NCBI GenBank assembly: GCA_019912315.1
Contig: JAIOJA010000049.1
Coordinates: 4,448 to 68,447 of the forward strand
Reading direction: 5' to 3'
Origin: Planctomycetota bacterium
GTDB taxonomy: Bacteria; Planctomycetota; UBA8742; UBA2392
DNA: 64,000 bases
Shown one piece after another: positions 7,797 through 15,441 of the stretch. The notes beneath the pieces are model-generated. The model was not told where the DNA came from, searched no databases, and worked only from the letters and a program-made list of their open reading frames with translations. Each line of letters begins with the position of its first letter. Positions within the stretch are counted from its first letter, which is position 1. A program made the translations under genes and the position numbers.

Positions 7797-10700
7797 ATGA
7801 TGCATCGACTTGGCTTGATTCTGATCGTACTGGCGGCCGGCGCCTGCGCCGCGGAAGATTACGGCGACGCCCCCGCCAGTTACGGGCTCGCCCGTGTCTA
7901 TGACCCCTCGTACAGCTACCTGGGGCTGGGAGCGTCTGACGACCTGCAGAACCCTGTCACGCCCGCCTGGACCGGCGACGATGACGACGCCATCGTCGGC
8001 ACGCCTTCATGGGATTCATGGAGCAGCCAGAATTCCCTGACCGTGTACCTCGGCGCGGAACAGGCGCACCTGATGATGTGGGTGGACGCGGACGACAGCG
8101 GGCAGTTCGACGCCAACGAGTTGTACGCGATCATGCCCGGATACGAACTGGAAGGCGGCCACGCCTACACGTTTGAAAATATCCGAATCCACGCCACCCA
8201 GGACTTTTCGCGCAACGGGCACAACAAGGTCGCCGTGCGCATTTTTGCTCAGAGCCAGATTGGCGGCCCGCCCCAGCACCAGCCGACTGCGTGGTCGTAC
8301 TTCGGCGAGGTAGAAGACTGGTTGATCGACGTGGAGCCCGCGAAGTTCGTCATTCAGAACGAAACACTGTCGGAAGCGACGGAAACCGACACCTACAATA
8401 CGCCAATCCAGACGGTTAATGGCACGGGTGGTATCAACTGGACGATGACGGGTGGCAGCCTGCCGCCGGGCACGACGTTGACCCAGCAGGGCAACGACTT
8501 CGTGCTGTCGGGCACACCCATTATCGGGAGCGCGGGGGATTACACCATCGTCCTCCGCGCCACGGACGGCGCCAGCCACGTTACCACGCGCTCCTTGACG
8601 CTGCACGTCACACCGAGGCCGTTCGCGCTGCCGTTTCTGGAGACCTTCTCCACGAACAACCATTGGCGCCTGGACTCGGACTTCGCCATCATGCAGGCCA
8701 CCGGCTACGTCTCGCCATTTGTGACGGCGCTTAACCTGCCGCACTCCGAGCCGGCACATGACTTCACACCCGCCACGACGGACGACATGGTATTGCTCAG
8801 CACGCCCGGCGGGCGTGAGCCTGAAGTGCGGCTGAAACCCATCTTCGCGACATCCCCTAAGATTGACTGCACGAACGCGTCGCAGGTCGAGGTCCGGTTT
8901 CGGCGCTGGTACAGCGTCTTCTTTCCGGGGTATCGCAACCCCGTGAAGCTCGAGTTGACTTCTGACGGCGTCACCTGGGATACGATCTGGCAGCCGCCCT
9001 ACTCCAACGGAAACGTATGCGATGTGGCGTGGAGTCTGATCACCGTCGATGTCACACAACACGCCGCCAACAAACCCTGGATTCGCCTCCGCTTCCGCAT
9101 CGGTGAGCACACCGTTGTTCAGGCGGGTTCCAGCACAGGCGGGTTTCAGGAATTTCTCGGCTGGGGGATCGACGATATCGAAGTCGGTGCGCCCAAACTG
9201 AGCACTCCCCTGGTCGCCCATAACATGGAGATCACGTCGCCAACCCAGTTTCAGAACCCCGACAACCAGGTGTGGTACCCGCTGCTGTACCCCCAGTATG
9301 AACATGCCTTCGAGGTTCGAGTCGACAACCCCACGGCCCATGACGTGACGATCAACAGCATGGAGGGCGCCTCCTTCGTCGAGTTGCTGCCGGGCACTTC
9401 ACAGGGCAACATTTTCGTCGTGCCCGCATACTATATGGCCGCCGACTGCCAGCTTGCGTGGGGCTCCTGGACGCTCGACCAGCCCGTGACCATCCCGGCC
9501 CACACGCCCGACGTACCGGTTACCGGCAAGTTCCGCTTCAATGGATCACCGGCACAGTTCTGGACAACGCCCGTTCGGGCACGCGCGTACTTGCGCGGTA
9601 CGCAGGCGACAACCAACGCGGAAGTTGAGTTGTACGCCGACGACTACTACACCCCGAACGCCGACCCGATCGAAGGGCTGTACGTGTACGAAAACCAGGT
9701 CGGCGGCACGTACGTAAGCAACGGCGCGACCGTGGCGAACTCGCGCAACTTCGGCAACCGAAGCGTCGGCACAAACTCGTCGCCCCTGTACATCATTGTC
9801 GAAAACACCACCGGCAACCCCATCACAGTCAATTCCCCCACCCTGACAGGACCGGATGCCGGTGAGTTCTTCCTGAACAGCGCGAGCCTGACAAACCCGC
9901 TCGCGGCGAACGACTGGACGTATTTCACGATCAGGTTCATACCGACCAGCACCGGCGCGAAGGCAGCGACTGTGGAATTCACCCACTCGGCGACCAACAC
10001 AAACCCACCGTTCACCTTCGACGTATCCGGCTATGGTGCCGGCAACGAGGCGGTGGTTTCCGTCCGCGAAGGCGGCCCGGCGGGTCTCATGATCAGCAGC
10101 GGAGCACAGGCGACGGGACAACGCGAATTCGGTCCGATCGACGTCCGCGGCAACCCCAGCGCGACCCGCACGATCCACATTGAAAACGCCGGGCTGCAAC
10201 CCCTGCAACTGGGGGCGCCATACCTGGACGGAACGCACCTTGGCGAGTTCGGTCTGGACACGGCCGGCATGGCGACCAGCCTGCCGCCCGGCGCCACGAC
10301 CACCTTCGACTACTGGTTTGACCCGTCTTCGGCGGGGAACAAATCCGCAACCATCAAGTTCACGCACAACGACCTCGGTACCGGCACCAGCAACCCGTTC
10401 CGGATTCCCGTAACCGGTGTCGGCGTGTACACCACCCCCAGAATCGTCGTGTCGGACACTGGCGTCAACGGCGCCGGCATCCAACCGGGTACGGCGGCCG
10501 CACAGGGACGCCTATTCGGCGCGGTGGACGTGAACAGCGGAGCAACCGGGTTCACCCAGTTCTTCCTGCGCAACGAAGCGTCGTACATTTTGACAATAAC
10601 CAGCATCACCCTGGTCGGCGTGAACACGGGTGATTTCGTGCTTGAGACCTACAGCGTCCCCCCCACCGTGGGGCCTTATTCCTATGTCTGGTTCCGCGTC

Positions 10701-11207
10701 GCGTTCAACCCGACATCCAAGGGCTTGAAATCCGCATGGGTCAGCATTGAACACAACGACCCCATCACGCCGAACCCGTTCGAGTTCGAGGTTGTGGGCT
10801 TTGGTGACGATCCGAACGGCGTGATCATTCCGCCGCAGGTTCTGCCGGAGGGGCGCGTCGAACTGGACTATTCGTTCCAGCTTTCCGCCGCGCAGGGCGC
10901 CCAGCCTTACACCTGGAGCCACAGCGGCGGCACGATGCCCCCCGGACTGAACGTACTTTCCGACGGACGGATTGCCGGCATACCAACCGGAGACGGCGGC
11001 GTGTACTCCTTCGATGTGGTCGTCACGGACGCGCTGGGCGGCACGGAATCGCGCCAGTTGCAGGTTACCATCCAGCCCCGCCCGGGCTTCCCGCGTGGCG
11101 ACTCCGGTGGAGGCGGCTGCGCTGCGGGGCACGGCGCCTGGTACTGGCTGTTGGCACTGCTGGTGCTTGGCGCGATTTGCCGGCGGCGCAAGCGCGCGCG
11201 TCAATGA
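7797..11207 (+). CDS. Large secreted surface protein with a GEVED domain, He_PIG repeats, four choice-of-anchor-D/ASH-like repeats and a Gly-Cys + TM + Arg-rich C-terminal tail
   Basis: The ATG at 7797 is preceded by GGAGGAG. The signal peptide is MMHRLGLILIVLAAGACA. YGDAPASYG...FGEVEDWLIDV is the GEVED signature. He_PIG units are LPPGTTLTQQGNDFVLSGTP and MPPGLNVLSDGRIAGIP. Repeated blocks of the form FG...VG.......I.N.G...L.I.S..L.G.....F are present. The tail is GGGGCAAGHGAWYWLLALLVLGAICRRRKRARQ. Confidence 0.85.
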   Translation: MMHRLGLILIVLAAGACAAEDYGDAPASYGLARVYDPSYSYLGLGASDDLQNPVTPAWTGDDDDAIVGTPSWDSWSSQNSLTVYLGAEQAHLMMWVDADDSGQFDANELYAIMPGYELEGGHAYTFENIRIHATQDFSRNGHNKVAVRIFAQSQIGGPPQHQPTAWSYFGEVEDWLIDVEPAKFVIQNETLSEATETDTYNTPIQTVNGTGGINWTMTGGSLPPGTTLTQQGNDFVLSGTPIIGSAGDYTIVLRATDGASHVTTRSLTLHVTPRPFALPFLETFSTNNHWRLDSDFAIMQATGYVSPFVTALNLPHSEPAHDFTPATTDDMVLLSTPGGREPEVRLKPIFATSPKIDCTNASQVEVRFRRWYSVFFPGYRNPVKLELTSDGVTWDTIWQPPYSNGNVCDVAWSLITVDVTQHAANKPWIRLRFRIGEHTVVQAGSSTGGFQEFLGWGIDDIEVGAPKLSTPLVAHNMEITSPTQFQNPDNQVWYPLLYPQYEHAFEVRVDNPTAHDVTINSMEGASFVELLPGTSQGNIFVVPAYYMAADCQLAWGSWTLDQPVTIPAHTPDVPVTGKFRFNGSPAQFWTTPVRARAYLRGTQATTNAEVELYADDYYTPNADPIEGLYVYENQVGGTYVSNGATVANSRNFGNRSVGTNSSPLYIIVENTTGNPITVNSPTLTGPDAGEFFLNSASLTNPLAANDWTYFTIRFIPTSTGAKAATVEFTHSATNTNPPFTFDVSGYGAGNEAVVSVREGGPAGLMISSGAQATGQREFGPIDVRGNPSATRTIHIENAGLQPLQLGAPYLDGTHLGEFGLDTAGMATSLPPGATTTFDYWFDPSSAGNKSATIKFTHNDLGTGTSNPFRIPVTGVGVYTTPRIVVSDTGVNGAGIQPGTAAAQGRLFGAVDVNSGATGFTQFFLRNEASYILTITSITLVGVNTGDFVLETYSVPPTVGPYSYVWFRVAFNPTSKGLKSAWVSIEHNDPITPNPFEFEVVGFGDDPNGVIIPPQVLPEGRVELDYSFQLSAAQGAQPYTWSHSGGTMPPGLNVLSDGRIAGIPTGDGGVYSFDVVVTDALGGTESRQLQVTIQPRPGFPRGDSGGGGCAAGHGAWYWLLALLVLGAICRRRKRARQ

Positions 11208-11230
11208 GCAATGTTGACGTGTGGACACAG

Positions 11231-11258
11231 AAAGAGCGGGGCATACGCCCCGCTCTTT
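11231..11258 (+). terminator. Rho-independent terminator candidate after the surface-protein gene
   Basis: AAAGAGCGGGGC (11231-11242) pairs perfectly with GCCCCGCTCTTT (11247-11258), a 12-bp stem with a 4-nt loop, located 24 nt after the stop codon. Confidence 0.6.
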
Positions 11259-11448
11259 ACTCTACCGTTTCCCGACCGCGGGGAACTGGGCCGAGGGGGT
11301 CGCCCGCGCCTCAACTTGCCCTGAGTATACCCCATCAAACACGCCGAGACAAAAATCTCCCTCAGCCCCTAGATCAAGGCGCTGGGCGACGTGGCTTGCT
11401 TGATCGCGCCGCAAGTGGCATGGTTCTGACACACTCTGGGAGCCTGCC

Positions 11449-11928
11449 ATGCGACGCATTACACCGCTGCTGCTGTTGATCCTGTTTGTATCGGCCTGCG
11501 GAGCGTCCTTGCCGCCGGAAGCCGTCAGCACGGCCGAAAACGCGGCCAAGGCCCTGGCTGCGGAAGACAACGCAGGCTTCGCGAACACGGTGCTGCCCGC
11601 CCAGCGCGAGGGCGCGCTGGGGCTGCCGGTCGAGTACCCGATCGAAGCAGGGAAGAAGGCGAGCGAGTTGACGTTGCTGGAGGTCCTGCGGGTCGAGTTC
11701 TTCAGGGACATCAAGGCCGCAGAAGTGTCGCTCGACAACGCCAGCATGGACGACGAGACGAACGCCACGGTGTACATAGGGATGGACTGGGAAGACGGCT
11801 CGTTCACGTCCAAGACCTTCCAGCTAAAGAAGGAAGGCGACAAGTGGTACATCGACTTCAAGGAAACCCTGAAAACCTGGCACACCCTCGACGGCGCCAG
11901 CGCTTTATCAGTGATGGAGCTGAAGTAG
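11449..11928 (+). CDS. Lipoprotein, function unknown
   Basis: MRRITPLLLLILFVSACGAS is a signal peptide with a lipobox-like FVSA|C. The ORF is 159 aa. Confidence 0.65.
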   Translation: MRRITPLLLLILFVSACGASLPPEAVSTAENAAKALAAEDNAGFANTVLPAQREGALGLPVEYPIEAGKKASELTLLEVLRVEFFRDIKAAEVSLDNASMDDETNATVYIGMDWEDGSFTSKTFQLKKEGDKWYIDFKETLKTWHTLDGASALSVMELK

Positions 11929-11930
11929 GG

Positions 11931-12275
11931 TCAGGAAACCCACTGTGTGCCTCGGGGATGCTGCTCGAGTTGTTCGTTGCCGCTGTTCCCTACACCGGTG
12001 TAGGTACCACCATGGCCTGCGAGCGCGCGCCATGTCAGCGCGTAATAGAGAAGACCCTCTCCGTGAATTCGAAACATCGCCGAGGGTAAGAAGTCGCCAC
12101 GCGCGTCGATGAGCGTGTCATACTCTTGGCCAGTGAGTTCTCGAAAGCGATCGCTTTCATGCAGCCACGCCCGCATGATCGCGAAGGGGCGAGAAGGTTC
12201 GCGTTCAATGATGAGAAGCGGGTCCGCTACTCCACCAAGTGGCTGCTCGGACGCGTCGCGCACAGTACGAAACAC
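11931..12275 (-). CDS. Hypothetical protein (possible last gene of the radical-SAM operon)
   Basis: 114-aa ORF, co-directional and 124 nt downstream of 12400..13935. No recognisable motif. Confidence 0.35.
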   Translation of the reverse strand: MFRTVRDASEQPLGGVADPLLIIEREPSRPFAIMRAWLHESDRFRELTGQEYDTLIDARGDFLPSAMFRIHGEGLLYYALTWRALAGHGGTYTGVGNSGNEQLEQHPRGTQWVS

Positions 12276-12399
12276 GGCTCGATACTCCGGGAGCTGTCAA
12301 TCGCCGGCAAATCCGTACGAAACGGCCTCCGCTTGCGCTTGAACAACCGCCCCAGCCAACTCATACACCCATCCCCGAAGGTGAGCTGAATCCCGGCGA

Positions 12400-13935
12400 C
12401 TATTCGCCGCTACCTGCGTGTACGCGGAATTCGGGCTTGGTGCGTCCCAGGGGCTTACCGTGTCTGGCGAAGTACTCGTCGTCGGAATACACATCGAAGT
12501 ACTCACCCCTTCTTTCGACCTTGATTCCCGGGACGCCGCGCAGCGGGTTCTCCGACGCCGGCCAATCCGCGAGACTCTTGCCACGGCGCTTCTCCTCAGC
12601 CCGAATCTTGACCTCCAGCCAACGTACTTGACTGAGGTACGCGTCCGCCGCCGTTGTTTGCACTTCCCCATGAATCAGCGGATCGAGGACACGCGCGCCC
12701 CACGCACTGCAGGTCCGATAGTCTTCTTCCGTACGAATCACGTACTTGCCCGAACGCATGGCATCGAGTTCGCTTTCGAACACCGCGATGCGTTCCGGGC
12801 GTTCCGTTTCAAGGCGTTCGATCCACTCGTCGATTCCGACCTTGCCGAACTGTTCGACCATAGACTTTGGCAGACCACCGGATCCGGTTTCAGGCTTGCG
12901 AGTCCAAATCGATCCGAGAAACTGCAAAATGTCGTACAGACCGCCCTCAAGTCCCATGTAGCCGAAGTCGACTCCGATGTCGACTCCCCTGCGATAGATT
13001 TCGTCGAGGTCGTCGGCAGACAGCGCGCCAGCGCGGAAACATGGATTGACCACGTGCTCAATGTACTGATCGACGTGCACAATCCGGGCCACGGCGCCAA
13101 TGGTAGAGCGGCTCATATCGGCCCGTTCCAGGAATTCCAGGTAGGCAAACGCCATCTCCCGGGCACTCGCGAGTTCGTTGAAATGCAGTTGCAGAAGTAC
13201 CCGCAGATATAGAACGCCGCCCCAGTTGATCGGCGTGGGTAGCGCAATAAGCGTCTCGGGACTGTAGTTGCCCGGGTGGGGAAGATAGATGCGTTTCTTG
13301 CCGAGCGCCGAATCGAGTCGGTCTGCTATGCCTGACGACAGTTCCAGAAACTCATCGACTTCTTGTTCCCGTCCGTGCAGGTCACCCTGCTTTAGCGGCA
13401 ACGCTCGCTTGATCATGAACTCCTCACCGGCACGATCCAGCAGGTGCCTGACGAATGCGCACTTCTCGATCCGGTCAATCTGTTGTTCAGTCCCCAGCGC
13501 ATAAGGTAGTGCAGCGTCGTCCGGCGTGTCGTATTCGCGGTTGTCTTCGCTGACATTCGCCGGCCTGGAAGGAAAGAACTCCGGATGTGCGTCGCGGAAT
13601 TCTGAGGCTTGCTGTTCCAGGATCGTAAACAGTGCGCGGGTAACTCTCAGGCGAAACTCGTTGACTGTGGTGATCGTGTCCATGTCGTCCACGATAGCCT
13701 GAGCCGCGGGATGCAGGTCATAACTGTCACCCGATGCGCGGATCCCCTTGAAACGGACATACTCCTGTTGAACGATTCGGTCGGCTTCGGCGAGGTGGCT
13801 GTAATCGATGCGAGGGGCAGGCTCGGATGTTAATCCCCTCAGCCCGTCGAAGACTACGACCCAAACCACACCGGCGCCGGCAACGACGAATAGAATCAGG
13901 ACGACGCCAATGACAACAGGTTTGCTCACAAGCAA
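12400..13935 (-). CDS. N-terminally membrane-anchored hypothetical protein (511 aa)
   Basis: The N-terminal TM helix is VVIGVVLILFVVAGAGVVWVVVF. The rest is soluble-looking with no motif I recognise. It lies 43 nt downstream of the radical-SAM gene on the same strand. Confidence 0.6.
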   Translation of the reverse strand: MLVSKPVVIGVVLILFVVAGAGVVWVVVFDGLRGLTSEPAPRIDYSHLAEADRIVQQEYVRFKGIRASGDSYDLHPAAQAIVDDMDTITTVNEFRLRVTRALFTILEQQASEFRDAHPEFFPSRPANVSEDNREYDTPDDAALPYALGTEQQIDRIEKCAFVRHLLDRAGEEFMIKRALPLKQGDLHGREQEVDEFLELSSGIADRLDSALGKKRIYLPHPGNYSPETLIALPTPINWGGVLYLRVLLQLHFNELASAREMAFAYLEFLERADMSRSTIGAVARIVHVDQYIEHVVNPCFRAGALSADDLDEIYRRGVDIGVDFGYMGLEGGLYDILQFLGSIWTRKPETGSGGLPKSMVEQFGKVGIDEWIERLETERPERIAVFESELDAMRSGKYVIRTEEDYRTCSAWGARVLDPLIHGEVQTTAADAYLSQVRWLEVKIRAEEKRRGKSLADWPASENPLRGVPGIKVERRGEYFDVYSDDEYFARHGKPLGRTKPEFRVHAGSGE

Positions 13936-13978
13936 CTATTACGCAAGCCTAGGATCATCGCTGCAAGTTAGATTCTGC

Positions 13979-15430
13979 CTACACCTTAACGCGGGCGTTG
14001 AACCAGGCTCCGAAGGTGGTCTTCATTAGCCACAACTTTGCTCGTGTCAGTGGCCAGGCGTCGGGGTTGGGCATTAGCCCGCGGCACTCTTCGGGTAGCA
14101 TGATCAGGCTTACCTTGACGTTCGGCGCTATGCCGATGGGCAGCCCCTTTTCCATGCAGCGTCTATAGAAGTGCTGGAACACCGGCAGCATGTCCTCAAC
14201 CTTCGGCGGTTTGCGTTTGCCGTAGGCCGCGCCGATCACCGGCCGGAACACGCAGACGGTCGGGATCGCGCCGTGGTCTACGATCCAGTCGATCGCCCTG
14301 ATGCTTGATTCCACCGGCTCAAGCCCGGCGATGATTTCGCCGTTCACGGTGTCAAAGCCGACGTCGTTGGCCGTGTACTCGATGGCTTCCAGGTAGCGCT
14401 TGAGGCCGGTGCGTCGCGCCTTGCCCGGGCCGATCTCTTTGAACAGTTCTTCGTCGATGACTTCAAAACACAGGCTGACGTTGTTGACGCCGAGCGCTTT
14501 AAACTTGCGGTAGTTCTCGAAGTCGGCGTCCGGCGGCGCCTGCAACCCCAGCAGCAGCCCGGTGCGTTCTTTCACCGCGCGCATCACCGGCTCGAACAGT
14601 CCCCAGTAATCGTTGCTGTCGATGAAACCCGTGTTGATGTGCACGAAGGTGATGCGGCTTTCCTTGCGCGCGGCCAGCACGGTTTCAATCACGTCCTCGA
14701 TACTTTTTTCAGCCTCTTCCTGGCTGCCGAGGTTCTGGCCTTCGGTGCAGAATTTGCAGTACTCGTTTTCGCCGTTGGGGCCCCAGTTCTGGCAGCGCGG
14801 CCCCCAGTAAATGCCGAGGTACGTGCCTTGCAGGCAGCCGATGCGTTGCATCAGCTTGCCGCTGGTGGTGCGCTGCTTGTACCACTTCGGCTCTTGGGGG
14901 ATCGTGACGGTGTCGACGTACTCGGCGTTGTCGCGGTCCAGCTTGCCGAACCACGGGCCCTTGCCGACCGGTTTGAGATTGTCGTAAGCGGCGTAGTCGA
15001 AGGGCGTCTTTTCACGCCAGATTTCGTAGCGCGAAATGGTGTCTGGCTCCCGAAGGGTGCCTGACACCATTTCGGCGCTCGCTGAAAAGGGGTCAGGCAC
15101 CGCACGCGGAGCCTGACCCCTTTTCACCAGCCAGTAGGGCGAGTTCTGCACCCACCACTCCACAACAGGAATGTTGGTGTACATGCCGTGGCCGATAACG
15201 ACTTCGAGCCCGCTGCCCAGCCCGGCACGGTTTCGAATGATTTCGCGCGCGTCGTCACCGAGCGCGCAGGACTCATCAATCCGCAGGCCTTTGCAGTAAA
15301 GGTCCAGCTTCAGGTACGCGGGATTGCAGCGACCGTCCGGTTGAAAGAGTCCGACTGTCATGTGCTCGGCCGGGGACTTACAGGGACCAACAAGTGTAAC
15401 GGCGTGATGCTCCGCGTCTACGGTACGCAA
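13979..15430 (-). CDS. Radical-SAM-like enzyme with a non-canonical CX12CX2C cluster motif and an N-terminal extension
   Basis: The only Cys triad is GPRCQNWGPNGENEYCKFCTEG. Downstream TIM-barrel-like blocks are ITFVHINTGF, LLLGLQAPPD, NNVSLCFEV, TVNGEIIAGLEP and IPTVCVFRP. Start is uncertain: TTG at 15430 (11 nt after the upstream stop) or ATG at 15361. An out-of-frame 6-codon mini-ORF (ATG 15438) sits 7 nt after a GGAGGA. Confidence 0.7.
   Translation of the reverse strand: MRTVDAEHHAVTLVGPCKSPAEHMTVGLFQPDGRCNPAYLKLDLYCKGLRIDESCALGDDAREIIRNRAGLGSGLEVVIGHGMYTNIPVVEWWVQNSPYWLVKRGQAPRAVPDPFSASAEMVSGTLREPDTISRYEIWREKTPFDYAAYDNLKPVGKGPWFGKLDRDNAEYVDTVTIPQEPKWYKQRTTSGKLMQRIGCLQGTYLGIYWGPRCQNWGPNGENEYCKFCTEGQNLGSQEEAEKSIEDVIETVLAARKESRITFVHINTGFIDSNDYWGLFEPVMRAVKERTGLLLGLQAPPDADFENYRKFKALGVNNVSLCFEVIDEELFKEIGPGKARRTGLKRYLEAIEYTANDVGFDTVNGEIIAGLEPVESSIRAIDWIVDHGAIPTVCVFRPVIGAAYGKRKPPKVEDMLPVFQHFYRRCMEKGLPIGIAPNVKVSLIMLPEECRGLMPNPDAWPLTRAKLWLMKTTFGAWFNARVKV
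15084..15125. repeat. Perfect 15-bp-arm palindrome with the GGGGTCAGG core, inserted in frame inside the radical-SAM gene
   Basis: GAAAAGGGGTCAGGC (15084-15098), a 12-nt loop, then GCCTGACCCCTTTTC (15111-15125). The total is 42 nt, or 14 codons, and encodes KRGQAPRAVPDPF within the ORF. Confidence 0.8.
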
Positions 15431-15441
15431 GAGCGCATCGA

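Noticed and set aside
8016-9341. 441-aa minus-strand ORF inside the GEVED surface-protein gene. Similar antisense ORFs lie at 9546..10484 and 10512..11228.
   Set aside because: These are long antisense ORFs of the kind expected in high-GC DNA. The peptides are Arg/Gly/Val-rich low-complexity sequence with no motifs, while the plus-strand frame carries clear domain signatures.
15418-15438. Six-codon mini-ORF (ATG CGC TCT TGC GTA CCG TAG) with ideal SD spacing just upstream of, and overlapping, the radical-SAM start.
   Set aside because: It is too short and unsupported to call as a gene or leader peptide. It is noted only because it makes the true rSAM start (TTG 15430 versus ATG 15361) ambiguous, and it could reflect a frameshift error.
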